From: Candidatus Eremiobacteria bacterium
GTDB taxonomy: Bacteria > Vulcanimicrobiota > Vulcanimicrobiia > Vulcanimicrobiales > Vulcanimicrobiaceae
Assembly (NCBI GenBank): GCA_963758295.1
Contig: CAVWUU010000004.1
Coordinates: 1,024,001-1,088,000 of the forward strand
Length of the DNA stretch: 64,000 nucleotides
Direction of reading: 5' to 3'
Program-made: the position numbers and the translations under genes
Shown here: piece after piece, positions 31,249-42,152 of the stretch
Numbering within the stretch: position 1 is the first letter of the stretch
Layout of the letters: each line of letters opens with the position of its first letter
The notes under the pieces: model-generated
What the model saw: only the letters and a program-made list of their open reading frames with translations
Told to the model about the DNA's origin: nothing
Databases searched by the model: none

Positions 31249-32139
31249 CTACACGAAGACTTTTCGAGGCGCCAGCATGGCGCCGTGCGCTTCCCCGACA
31301 CCGACCAGCGTTCGGGATTCGTCACGAACGAAAACGTGTTGCGCCGGCGCGCCTTCGGGCAGCGCTACCACGCGTCCGGCGCGAAAATCGGCCGAGCCGC
31401 GCAGATCGAGAACGATCGTTGGGAACGGTATGATATGTTCGGGAGCGATGAGCGAGCTTTGCGGATCTTCGGAAATAGCGTCCATGGTTCGGGCTTCGCC
31501 CAGTATGAACGGGCCCGACGCCTCGCGCACGAGCGCGCCCATATGCGCGGGTACGCCCATCGACGCGCCGATATCCTCGCACAACGTTCTGATGTACGTG
31601 CCTTCGCTGCACGCAATACGCACGCGAGCAACTGCCGTCGTCGCCCGGCTCCGCGCGTCGTAGCCAAGGATCGAAATGCCGTAGATCGTTACACTACGGC
31701 TCTTGCGTTCGACGGTTTTCCCTTCGCGAGCGAGTTCGTAAAGACGCTTGCCATCGTGATGAACCGCGGAGAACATCGGCGGCGTTTGCGCAATGCGACC
31801 GATGAATTGCTGCACTGCCTGCGTGAGCGCGCTTTGCCATCCTTCGGGAACGTTTCCGGTCGCAACCGTTTCGCCAAGCGCATCTTGCGTCGTCGTCGAC
31901 CGGCCGAAGACGATGGTCGCGGCGTACGCCTTGCGCTGATCGGTAAGCAAGGGAATGAGCCGCGTGGCTTTGCCGATCGCGATCGGTAACACGCCCGCAG
32001 CCTGTGGATCGAGCGTGCCAAGATGCCCCGCGGCGATGTGCCTGTCGCGTGAGTAGACACCGTAAATGCGTCGCAGCCGCGCGACGATTTGCGCCGACGT
32101 CGGACCAGCGGGCTTAAAGACGTTGACGAAGCCGAGCAT
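31249..32139 (-). CDS. truB: tRNA pseudouridine(55) synthase
   Basis: KPAGPTS, GHLGTLDP, PPMFSA, LYELAREG and CSEGTYIR. Confidence 0.95.
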   Translation of the reverse strand: MLGFVNVFKPAGPTSAQIVARLRRIYGVYSRDRHIAAGHLGTLDPQAAGVLPIAIGKATRLIPLLTDQRKAYAATIVFGRSTTTQDALGETVATGNVPEGWQSALTQAVQQFIGRIAQTPPMFSAVHHDGKRLYELAREGKTVERKSRSVTIYGISILGYDARSRATTAVARVRIACSEGTYIRTLCEDIGASMGVPAHMGALVREASGPFILGEARTMDAISEDPQSSLIAPEHIIPFPTIVLDLRGSADFRAGRVVALPEGAPAQHVFVRDESRTLVGVGEAHGAMLAPRKVFV

Positions 32140-32143
32140 CAAT

Positions 32144-32401
32144 TTATGAGGGCGGTACCATGCGGACTTCTTTGCGCACCGCGCCGATGATGCCGAGCGT
32201 TCCGCCCGCTACGAGCAAAACGATCGCCGCTATGCCGGCGCCAAGAAGATGCGAAAAGATCCACGCCAAGAACGCCAGTCCGCCAAGCGCCATGAAAATG
32301 TACGCGGCACGCGTGAAGTGCGCGTTCGGGAAACGAACGTAAAGCAGCCACGCTCCGAGAGCTCCGAAGACAAAGAGAAAGAGCGCGGCTACAAGGGTCA
32401 C
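32144..32401 (-). CDS. Small membrane protein (three TM helices)
   Basis: Hydrophobic 85-aa ORF coupled between nrnA and truB. Confidence 0.7.
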   Translation of the reverse strand: MTLVAALFLFVFGALGAWLLYVRFPNAHFTRAAYIFMALGGLAFLAWIFSHLLGAGIAAIVLLVAGGTLGIIGAVRKEVRMVPPS

Positions 32402-33381
32402 AAGTTTTGCGCTACGAGCGCGGCTTCAACCGCGACGAACGCATCCTTCAGCGTTCCGTGAAAGGTGAGCCCCGACGCGCGAAAATGTCCGCCGCCGCCG
32501 AGCGAAGAGGCGGCAGCCTGAACGTTGACGCGGCCATTCGAACGCAGGCTAACGCGAATTTCGCCTTCGTACGCTTTGAACAACGCCGCAACCTCAACGC
32601 CTTCTTGGCCGCGCAGGGTGTTCACCACATCTTCGGTGTCTTCGCCGTCGCCGCCGGTTTCTGCGAACATCGCGTCATCGACGTACGAGTAGCAGTACCG
32701 GCCGTCGCGAGCAAATTGCATTTCGTCGATAATGCGTCCCAGCAGTCGCGTTGCCGCGATCCGCTTATTGGCAAAGATTTCTTCGGTGATCAATTCCTTG
32801 TCGGCCCCGGCGCGCATCAATTCGGCCGACATCTCGAGCACTTCAGGCGACGTGTTTGAATGCATGAACCCGCCCGTGTCCGTCATGATCGTCGTGAGAA
32901 TGCACGTCGCAATCTTCTCATCGATTTCAATATCGAGACCGCGGAGGAGATGCATGAGCGTCGTGCCGGTCGAGCATTCAGTTGGAATGACATAGTTCAG
33001 CGCGCCGAAATGCGAGTTCCCCAGATGATGGTCGATGTCGAGCATGTTCGGACGCTCGACGCGCGGCAAGAATTCTCCGGCGCGAGTGAAGTCGCTCATG
33101 TCGCAAAAAACATAGAGCGTGTCGGGCGGCAAATCCGCCGGAAGCTCACGCGAAACGAATTCCGCGTCCGGCAAAAAGCGCAGATTGCGCGGCACCGGAT
33201 CCTGTTGGAAGTAGGCGACGCGTTTCCCAAGGCGCTTGAGCGCGATACCGAGAGCCAGGCCGGCACCGAGCGTGTCGCCGTCGGGCTTTACGTGGCTGAC
33301 CATGACGAACGCGGGGCGGCGCCGGAGTTCGGCGACGACTTCTTCCGTCGTGGAACTCGTGGGCGTGCGGCTTTCGATCAT
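32398..33381 (-). CDS. nrnA: DHH/DHHA1 bifunctional oligoribonuclease/pAp phosphatase
   Basis: HVKPDGD, IDHH, TDTGGF, SLRS and GGGH. Confidence 0.92.
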   Translation of the reverse strand: MIESRTPTSSTTEEVVAELRRRPAFVMVSHVKPDGDTLGAGLALGIALKRLGKRVAYFQQDPVPRNLRFLPDAEFVSRELPADLPPDTLYVFCDMSDFTRAGEFLPRVERPNMLDIDHHLGNSHFGALNYVIPTECSTGTTLMHLLRGLDIEIDEKIATCILTTIMTDTGGFMHSNTSPEVLEMSAELMRAGADKELITEEIFANKRIAATRLLGRIIDEMQFARDGRYCYSYVDDAMFAETGGDGEDTEDVVNTLRGQEGVEVAALFKAYEGEIRVSLRSNGRVNVQAAASSLGGGGHFRASGLTFHGTLKDAFVAVEAALVAQNL

Positions 33382-33749
33382 GCTCCCTCCTCTTCGGTCG
33401 CGCGACGCCGTTCGGCGTCTTCGCGGAGCGTCTTTGCGAGCGCAATAGCGCGCTCGGTGGAGCGATCTTCTATGAAAATCAATTCCGGCGTGTGACGCAA
33501 GTCGATACGGTGTCCCAGCTCTCCGCGAAGAAACTTCGCCGCGCTTCCCAGCGCATCGAGCGACTGCCGCGCCACGTGACGGTCGCCGATGATCGACACG
33601 AATACCTTGCAGTGCTGCAGATCGTCGGAGACTTCCGCGCGCGTCACCGTGACGAATCCCAGTCGCGGATCCTTCAACTCTTGCGTTATCAACGTCCCGA
33701 GAATCCGCTGGATCTCGTGATCGATTCTAGCTAATCTTTGCGATTTCAT
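33378..33749 (-). CDS. rbfA: Ribosome-binding factor A
   Basis: LKDPRLGFVTVT and LRHTPELIF; downstream of infB. Confidence 0.95.
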   Translation of the reverse strand: MKSQRLARIDHEIQRILGTLITQELKDPRLGFVTVTRAEVSDDLQHCKVFVSIIGDRHVARQSLDALGSAAKFLRGELGHRIDLRHTPELIFIEDRSTERAIALAKTLREDAERRRATEEEGA

Positions 33750-33806
33750 AATTTATGGAAATTAGGGCAGCGCCGCCGAACCGAGGCACATACCGGCATA
33801 TCCGAT

Positions 33807-33839
33807 ATGCGCCTGTGGTTCGACAAGCTCACCATGACG
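33807..33839. repeat. REP-like dispersed repeat copy
   Basis: ATGCGCCTGTGGTTCGACAAGCTCACCATGACG between infB and rbfA. Confidence 0.8.
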
Positions 33840-33840
33840 T

Positions 33841-36688
33841 TTAGGCGCGTGCCAGTTCGGGCGCGACCTTCTCCGTTGTGTAGGCTTCGATGATGTCGCC
33901 ATTTTTGAGGTCCTGGAACTTGGCGATTTGGATACCGCACTCGAAGCCCTCGGCGACTTCCTTGACGTCGTCTTTGAAGCGGCGGAGCGATTCGAGTTCG
34001 CCGGTGAAGACCACCGCGGCGTCGCGGACGACACGCACGTTTGCGTTGCGCAAGATCTTGCCGTCTTTGACGTAACAGCCGACGATCGTGCCGACCTTCG
34101 AGACTTTGAAGACTTCACGGACTTCCGCGTGACCGAGCGTGACTTCACGTTCGATCGGCGCAAGCATACCGGTCATAGCCTTCTTCAGATCTTCTTCGAT
34201 TTCGTAGATGACCTGATAGAACCGTAAATCGACGCCTTCGTTGTCGGCTAAACGTTTCGCCGTTTCGTCCGGACGAATGTTGAAGCCGATGAGCACGGCA
34301 TTCGACGCGCTCGAAAGGTTGACGTCGTTCGGCGAGATCGCGCCGACGCCGCCGTGAATGACGCGCACGTCGACTTCTTCGGTCGAGAGCGACTCCATTC
34401 GCGAGCGCAACGCTTCGAGCGAGCCTTGGCCGTCGGCCTTGATGATGATGTTGAGCGACTTCTTGCCTTCGGTTGGCATCGACATAAACGTCTCGAGCGA
34501 AACCCGTTGGTTGCCCGGTCCGGCGATGCGAACGTCGCGGCGGCGAACGGCGCGCTTTTCGGCCGTTTCGCGTGCAACGCGTTCGTCGCTGACAACCATT
34601 AGCGTGTCGCCTGCGGAGGGCACGTCTTGCAAGCCCATGATCTCGACCGGAATAGAGGGACCGGCCTTCTTCACTTGCTTGCCCTTGTCGTCGAGCAGCG
34701 CGCGGACTTTACCGAACGTTCCGCCCACAACGATGATGTCGCCGACGCGCAGCGTTCCGTTTTGTACGAGCACCGTAGCCACCGCGCCGCGACCCTTGGA
34801 GAGCTGCGATTCGATGACGACGCCCGATGCACGGCGTTGTTTATTTGCGCGAAGTTCCTTGATGTCGGCTTCGAGCAGCACCGTGTCAAGCAACGATTCG
34901 ATGCCCTCGCCGTTTCGTGCCGAAACGGGAACCATTTCGATCGTGCCGCCCCAGTCGACCGGCTGCAAACCATTTTCGACCAGCTGTTGCTTCACGCGAT
35001 CGGGCTGTGCGTCTGCTTTATCCATCTTGTTGATGGCAACCACGATTGGCACGTTTGCTGCTTTGACGTGAGCGATGGCTTCCTTCGTTTGCGGCATGAC
35101 GCCGTCGTCGGCTGCGACGACGAGGATCGCGACGTCGGTAACCTTCGCACCACGTGCACGCATTGCCGTGAACGCTTCGTGACCCGGCGTATCGATGAAC
35201 GTGATCTTGCGATCGTTCCGCTCGACGGTGTACGCGCCAATCTTCTGCGTGATGCCGCCCGCTTCGCCGGCCGCGACGTTCGCGCGACGAATCTTGTCGA
35301 GCAACGACGTCTTACCGTGGTCGACGTGGCCAAGCACGGTAACAACCGGCGGACGCGCCGTGAGCATTTCGGGTTTGTCTTCCTCTTGCTCGACGGTAAC
35401 TTCTTCGCCCGCTTCTTTGACGACCGCGTTGAAGCCGAACTTCTTCGCAACGTTAATCGCAATGTCGCTCGAAATGTTCTGATTGATCGTTGCCATCGTA
35501 CCGGTCTTGATGAGCTCGGTGATGACGTCTTTGACCGGAACGATCATCGAGGTTGCAAGTTCTTGCACCGTCAAAAGATCGGGGATCTCGATCGTTTCGA
35601 GCTGACGGACAGGCGCGATGTGCGCCGCGTCGGTCTTTTTCTTACGCTGCCGCTCTTTGTCGAGCAGCAGTTCTTTCTCGCGATCTTTTTTCGCCGCCGC
35701 TTTATCCTCGTGCGAACGCGCGCGGTCGCCGGGACGGCCGCCGCCCGAAGACGGAGCCGGACCATCGGTTACGGACGGCGCAACGCCCGGGCGAGCCGGC
35801 ATCGGACGCTGGCCCGGAGCGAGCGGACGGAAAGGACCATTACCGGCGGGACGGCGTTGTCCGGGCGGGGTGAGCGGACCGTTGCCGCGCTGAGCCGGTG
35901 CCACGGGGCCTTTGCCGCCCTGGCCGGGCAACGCTTGGCCCGGGCGCGGCGCAACGCCCGGACGGCCCGGAACGCCGGTCGCAGGACCGGGCGACGCTGA
36001 GACGGCCGTCGTGGGAGGCGGCGGGCGGCGCACGATGGACGATTGTCCGTGCGGGACCGGTTGAAGACGCGGAATAGGTACTTCGGGCGCGGCAGCGCGC
36101 GGGTGCCGGAGGCGCAGCGACAGGGCGCGCCGGAGCAGCCGGCCGTACGGCTTCCGGCTGACGGATAGGCGGGGCAGCAGGAGCAGGCGCCGATGCCGTC
36201 TCCAGCTCGGCCGTCGGCGGCGGCGGCGTCACAACATCAGCTACCGGTTCGGTCGCAACGGCGGGTTTCGCCGGCGCCTTCGGGGCAGGGCGCGGCGGAG
36301 CCGCCGGGCGCGACGAGCTCGCAACCGGCTTCAAACGTTGAACGGGTTCGGCCGGCTTCGGGGCTTCCGGCGCGAGGGCAGCCTCTTCGGGGGCCGCGGG
36401 AGCGGCAGCAACCGGCGCAGCCGGCCTCTTCACCGCCGGTTTGACCTCGCCGTTGGCCGGTGGCGCAGCCGCAGCGGCAGCCTTCGGCACCGCAGCTTTC
36501 GGCGCCGCGGGCTTGAGCAGAACGCCACGAACCAGATCCGCGATCGGATCCGGCACGACGCTCAATTGATTTTTTGCTTCGAAAACGTCGCTCAGCCGCT
36601 CGTTGAAGAGGGTGATCAACTCTTTAGACGTTAGCCCGACTTCTTTTGCGAGCTCAAAAACACGAACCTTACTGGTACTCGTAGCCAT
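33841..36688 (-). CDS. infB: Translation initiation factor IF-2 (apparent frameshift near 36097)
   Basis: N-terminal [10 protein letters not shown], then [13 protein letters not shown] and SLRRFKDDV. The frame changes in the Pro/Ala linker, probably a sequence error. Confidence 0.95.
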
Positions 36689-36699
36689 TCATTCCCCGA

Positions 36700-36850
36700 A
36701 GTGCAGGGCAGGTGCTAGCCCCACACAGATTAGAGAGGCACTTCGCTCGTTTCGTCGAGCCGCGCGCCCCTCGCGCATTCAAGTCTTGCGCGAGGCCCCT
36801 AACCGTCGGAGAGTTGCCTCGCTACTTCGTCAATTTGCTGCCCTCTTAGA
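36700..36850 (-). ncRNA. Putative structured leader upstream of infB
   Basis: Four nested or adjacent perfect stems (see findings). Confidence 0.4.
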
Positions 36851-36888
36851 GAGCATGTGTATTATGCATTTTCATCGCATTTTGGTTC

Positions 36889-37140
36889 TCACGAACTACT
36901 TATTAAACCATATTTAGCCGCATTGGATGCAAGCCCCGGGTATCGGCGATTGCCGGCGGCCCGGGCCGCACATTCTGCGGAACACAGGTAAGCGCCTCGC
37001 CCGGGAAGTTTTTCACGGCTGCCCGGCTCATCGGCCAGCCAGCCGGCCTCCTGCCGAACGAACCGCCGCAACCGGCACTGTTCGAACTTTTTCCGGCAGC
37101 CGACACACGTGCGAAGCGGAACGTGCTTACTCTTCGCCAC
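36889..37140 (-). CDS. ylxR: YlxR/RnpM family RNA-binding protein
   Basis: PLRTCVGCR and PGRGAYLC; lies between nusA and infB. Confidence 0.88.
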   Translation of the reverse strand: MAKSKHVPLRTCVGCRKKFEQCRLRRFVRQEAGWLADEPGSREKLPGRGAYLCSAECAARAAGNRRYPGLASNAAKYGLISSS

Positions 37141-38359
37141 CCAGCCGCTCGCGGCGGAACTCCTCGAGACGCCGGATCAGCTCCGGATCGATTCCGCCCG
37201 CGCCTTCTGCGGGTTCGGCCTCGCCTTCCTCGATTTCGACTTCTTCGGTTTCAACCGCGGCCGGAACTTCTGCCATGGTGCGTTCGGCGCGCTCGGCCAA
37301 ATAACGTTCGCGCGCTTCATCGGCTTCGCTCTCGCTCGCAATGTCCAAGCGCCACTCCGTGAGACGCGCGGCAAGGCGCACGTTCTGGCCTTCGCGGCCG
37401 ATCGCCAGCGAAAGCTGGTAATCCGGAACGACGACAAGCGCAACGCCGTCGTCGGCGAAGAGCTCGACCGAAATCACCTTCGCCGGTGCGAGCGCGTTCA
37501 TGATGAATGTCTCGGGCTCGGCGTCGTAACGAATAACGTCGATCTTCTCGCCGCGCAGATTATCACTGACGTTGGCGATGCGGCTCGACTTCGGGCCAAG
37601 ACATGCGCCGATCGGATCGACTTCGGCGCGCAGGCTGCGCACGGCAACTTTCGAGCGGCTTCCGCCTTCGCGAGCGATTGCCATGATCTCGACGATGCCG
37701 TCGGAGATTTCCGGCACTTCCAACTCGAGCAGCCGCTGAACGAGGCCTTCGGCCGCGCGCGAGAGCACGACTTGCGGGCCCTTGGGCGACTTGCGCACGT
37801 CGAGCACGTACGCGCGAATGAAGTCGTTGATGCGGAAGACTTCGCCGGGGACCTGTTCCGAAAGCGGAAGAATCGCTTCGTCGCGGCCTTCGAGCAGCAC
37901 GTACATGTTGCGCTGTTCGTACCGCTGTACGCTGCCGGTAACGAGGTCGTTCATCTTGCGCGCGTACTTGTTGAAAACCGTATCGCGTTCTGCTTCACGA
38001 ATGCGTTGAACGATGACTTGTTTCGCGGTCTGGGCGGCGATGCGTCCGAACTCTTTCGGCGTGACTTCTTCGTCGAAGAAATCGCCGGGCTGGTACGGCT
38101 CTCCGGCCTGCTTCGTTGAGATTTCGAGTTTCGAATCCTCGACAGTCTCCACCACGTTGCGGCGATGGAAAACGCGGTACTCGCCCGTAACGCGATCGAC
38201 GATCACGATGGCGTTGGCTTCACTGCCATAGTGGCGTTTATACGCCGTAAGCAATGCCGCTTCCAACGCTTCCAACAGCATCTCGAATGGAATGTTGCGT
38301 TCCTTCGAAATGAACTGCAGGACGTCTAAAAGTTTTTCATCAGCTGCGGGTTCTGCCAT
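37127..38359 (-). CDS. nusA: Transcription termination/antitermination factor NusA
   Basis: FGRIAAQTAKQVI, LEVPEI, GEKID and LAIGREGQNVRLAA. Confidence 0.96.
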   Translation of the reverse strand: MAEPAADEKLLDVLQFISKERNIPFEMLLEALEAALLTAYKRHYGSEANAIVIVDRVTGEYRVFHRRNVVETVEDSKLEISTKQAGEPYQPGDFFDEEVTPKEFGRIAAQTAKQVIVQRIREAERDTVFNKYARKMNDLVTGSVQRYEQRNMYVLLEGRDEAILPLSEQVPGEVFRINDFIRAYVLDVRKSPKGPQVVLSRAAEGLVQRLLELEVPEISDGIVEIMAIAREGGSRSKVAVRSLRAEVDPIGACLGPKSSRIANVSDNLRGEKIDVIRYDAEPETFIMNALAPAKVISVELFADDGVALVVVPDYQLSLAIGREGQNVRLAARLTEWRLDIASESEADEARERYLAERAERTMAEVPAAVETEEVEIEEGEAEPAEGAGGIDPELIRRLEEFRRERLGGEE

Positions 38360-38861
38360 GTGTCTTCCGTTCACGTTTATTGCGTTGTAAGTCGGCGCGC
38401 GGATCGTACTCCAGATTCGCCGATTTTATGGTTGCAATCGGGAGGGGCAGTTCGCCCGCATCCGTTTTGAGTACCACGTTTTCGCCGCGCAGTCCGACAA
38501 GCGTTCCGCGATGCGTTTTATTCCCGTTGATGGTTAGGGTCGTAATGACGCGCGCCGGTTTTCCGGCGAAGCGGTCGTAATCCGCGGGACGTACGAGCGG
38601 CCGTTCGAGTCCGGCCGATTCGACTTCCAATGAATAGTTGTCTTCGAAGCTGCCGAGCCGGTCGTTCAGCCGCTGTGCGATTCGCTCGCACAGTGTCAAG
38701 TCGACTCCGCCTTCTTTATCTAGCGTAACTGAAAACACGGTCATCGTGCGACGCGTTCTTGCCGCGTGCTGCACGATTTCAACGCCGGCGAACGCGCGGT
38801 CGTGCGCGATTGCGTCGAGCTCCCGCTCGAACGCCTCCACCAACTCAGACAGCGCGATCAC
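38340..38861 (-). CDS. rimP: Ribosome maturation factor RimP
   Basis: YSLEVESAGLERPL; first gene of the nusA-infB operon. Confidence 0.92.
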   Translation of the reverse strand: MIALSELVEAFERELDAIAHDRAFAGVEIVQHAARTRRTMTVFSVTLDKEGGVDLTLCERIAQRLNDRLGSFEDNYSLEVESAGLERPLVRPADYDRFAGKPARVITTLTINGNKTHRGTLVGLRGENVVLKTDAGELPLPIATIKSANLEYDPRADLQRNKRERKTHGRTRS

Positions 38862-38896
38862 CCCCTTAAAGCAAGTTCTAGGCCCCTAACAACACA

Positions 38897-38921
38897 GAAG
38901 CGCGGGACCTGCCCACGCTCA
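38897..38921 (-). promoter_or_regulatory. rimP leader hairpin
   Basis: GAGCGTGGG-CAGGT-CCCGCGCTT just upstream of rimP, matching the conserved GTGGG..CCCRC leader stem. Candidate promoter TTGCGG-18-TATTCT at 38970-38941. Confidence 0.65.
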
Positions 38922-39029
38922 TCACGACTAACCTGAATCAAGAATACACGAAAACGACGAGAAGCCGCAACCCTTACGTGGGTGCGGCCCCTTGTCTTGA
39001 ATTATCCATACTGTAGCGACTACGCGCCC

Positions 39030-39202
39030 CCGGAATACGTCCGGCAGCCGTCGGGCTCGAATATGCGCCCGTTATGCGCGTTCTTCGCTGGCTGTGTAGC
39101 CCGGTGGATCTTGCAGGTCCAACCGCCCTCCTTTGACTCAACTCGTTTGATGAGTCCGCAGCTATCGGGGTTTCTCCCGAACCCGGAACGTATCGTTCTG
39201 GT
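39030..39202 (-). ncRNA. ssrS: Probable 6S RNA
   Basis: Own promoter TTGAAG-17-TAGGAT (39237-39209). The ends pair (ATACGTTCCGG-GTTCGGG with CCCGAC-GGCTG-CCGGACGTAT), 6S-like GTTCG and CGACGGC elements are present, and there is an internal hairpin CGGTTGGA..TCCACCG. Length about 170 nt. Confidence 0.55.
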
Positions 39203-39253
39203 GACTTAATCCTACTCGGACAAATGTCGCACTTCAAGCGGGAATCACTTATA

Positions 39254-40618
39254 TCACGGCGACGGGGCAGGCGACACGGCGAAAGGTACGAGTTGTTTTT
39301 CACTGCACGGCGCGGATGCGCGCGTTTCAACCACCGGCGGTAATGTACCACCGGGTACGCCGCCGATTTGCGCGCCGTTATTATCGCCGATGTGCGTTCC
39401 GTACGGATGCATGAATCCGCCGGAATTCGTCTCGGGATAGCGTAGCATCCATCCGTCGCACATCGTCACCGGACCGTTGCGGTGCACGTTCGTCACCCAC
39501 ATTTTGATGCGCGCTTCGTGTCCGGTTCCGGTTTCTTCGAAAGTGTATTTCGTTGCAGCAACGATCTCCGGCGGAGGTGTCGGTTCCATGCTTGCGCCGA
39601 GAGCGATGTGCTGCGGATACTGTTTGTACGACGGCGTCACGGGATTGCTCGGTAACATCGCGCGCAGTTTTGCGTTGATGTCAATCGCCTTGCTTTGCGT
39701 TTTGGTTTGTGCTTTTGCCGGCGCCGGCAACGGCGTCGGTCGAACGTTCACCGGACGTGCGGGACCCGGCTTTGCTGTGGATGCGGCGGTGCCCGGACGC
39801 GGCCCCGGGGAAGACGCGCCGCTCGGCCCCGGGCTAGGCGCCGTCCCCGCGGTCTTTGCCACAGCGGCGGTTTGCGTCGGACTTGGGCTCGGCACGCCAG
39901 GATGGGTTATCGGAGACGGGCTGGCGCTTGAGGCGGGCACGGGCAAGGCCGACGGAATCGCGGACGCTTTCACCGCCACCACAACGGCCGTCGGTTTCGG
40001 ACTTGGGCTGGTCGCCGCAGGAGCCGGGGTCTGAGGCCGCGCGGTCGGCGCCGCCGTCGGCGCCGCCGGTCTCGGCGTTGGGCTCGCGGTCGGAGGTGAG
40101 GTCGGGGCGGGAGTCGGTGCAGCCGTCGGCGGCACTTTCAACGTAACGGCGGAGATTTGGGCCGGCACCGGCGTCGGCACGGCCGGCAGCTCGTTCTGCG
40201 GCTTCGTTTCGTACGGAGCCTGTGTAGGCTGGACGTTGGGTTCGGGCGAGGCCTGCGGCAGCGGCGTCGGATTCGGCGGCGCGCTAGGCACGATCTTCGA
40301 AAGCTCCGGATGGGCCGGCGGCCGTTGCTGATGCGCGGGTCGCGCAAGCGGGCCATGTTGTACCGGCGCAATGCGCGGCGCGTTAGGAATTGGAACGGCC
40401 TGCGGCCCCTGGACCGGAACTTGCGCGACAGCCGGCGCGCGCTGCTCCAAGGTCACCAGTTCCGCACCGTTCACACTCTCGTTCGCTCCCTCTTGCGACG
40501 AGTTCACAACGACGGAAAACAGCAACGTGGCAAGAACCGCGTGAAAAATAAGCGACACGAGATAACTTCCCGCAAGTCGCTCACGGTAGCGCCGGTCCTT
40601 TGGATCGCGCTCGGCCAT
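39254..40618 (-). CDS. Membrane-anchored Pro/Ala/Thr-rich protein (TonB/TolA-like architecture)
   Basis: TM with S..H (SLIFHAVL), a long Pro-rich linker and a small two-Cys C-terminal domain. Confidence 0.75.
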   Translation of the reverse strand: MAERDPKDRRYRERLAGSYLVSLIFHAVLATLLFSVVVNSSQEGANESVNGAELVTLEQRAPAVAQVPVQGPQAVPIPNAPRIAPVQHGPLARPAHQQRPPAHPELSKIVPSAPPNPTPLPQASPEPNVQPTQAPYETKPQNELPAVPTPVPAQISAVTLKVPPTAAPTPAPTSPPTASPTPRPAAPTAAPTARPQTPAPAATSPSPKPTAVVVAVKASAIPSALPVPASSASPSPITHPGVPSPSPTQTAAVAKTAGTAPSPGPSGASSPGPRPGTAASTAKPGPARPVNVRPTPLPAPAKAQTKTQSKAIDINAKLRAMLPSNPVTPSYKQYPQHIALGASMEPTPPPEIVAATKYTFEETGTGHEARIKMWVTNVHRNGPVTMCDGWMLRYPETNSGGFMHPYGTHIGDNNGAQIGGVPGGTLPPVVETRASAPCSEKQLVPFAVSPAPSP

Positions 40619-40672
40619 TACGACGCTTTAATGCTGTTAACTATGCGCAGGAGCCTGCCGCCGGAGACGCGC

Positions 40673-42121
<1,449 letters not shown>

Positions 42122-42152
42122 CCGGATGCCTGCAACGCTTGATCCGAGAGCG

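Noticed and set aside
34627..36000. Long antisense ORFs (also 43196-44455, 37109-38119 and others in the track)
   Set aside because: These are shadow frames of well-supported genes in GC-rich DNA, with no motifs of their own.
36060..36110. Programmed frameshift in infB (likewise in the permease, LigD-pol and recN)
   Set aside because: No slippery heptamer is evident, and the window has many other indels, so sequence error is more likely.
36805..36845. c-di-GMP-I riboswitch in the infB leader (GCAAA...GAAG)
   Set aside because: The GNRA-capped stem and the second GCAAA element are not convincingly present.
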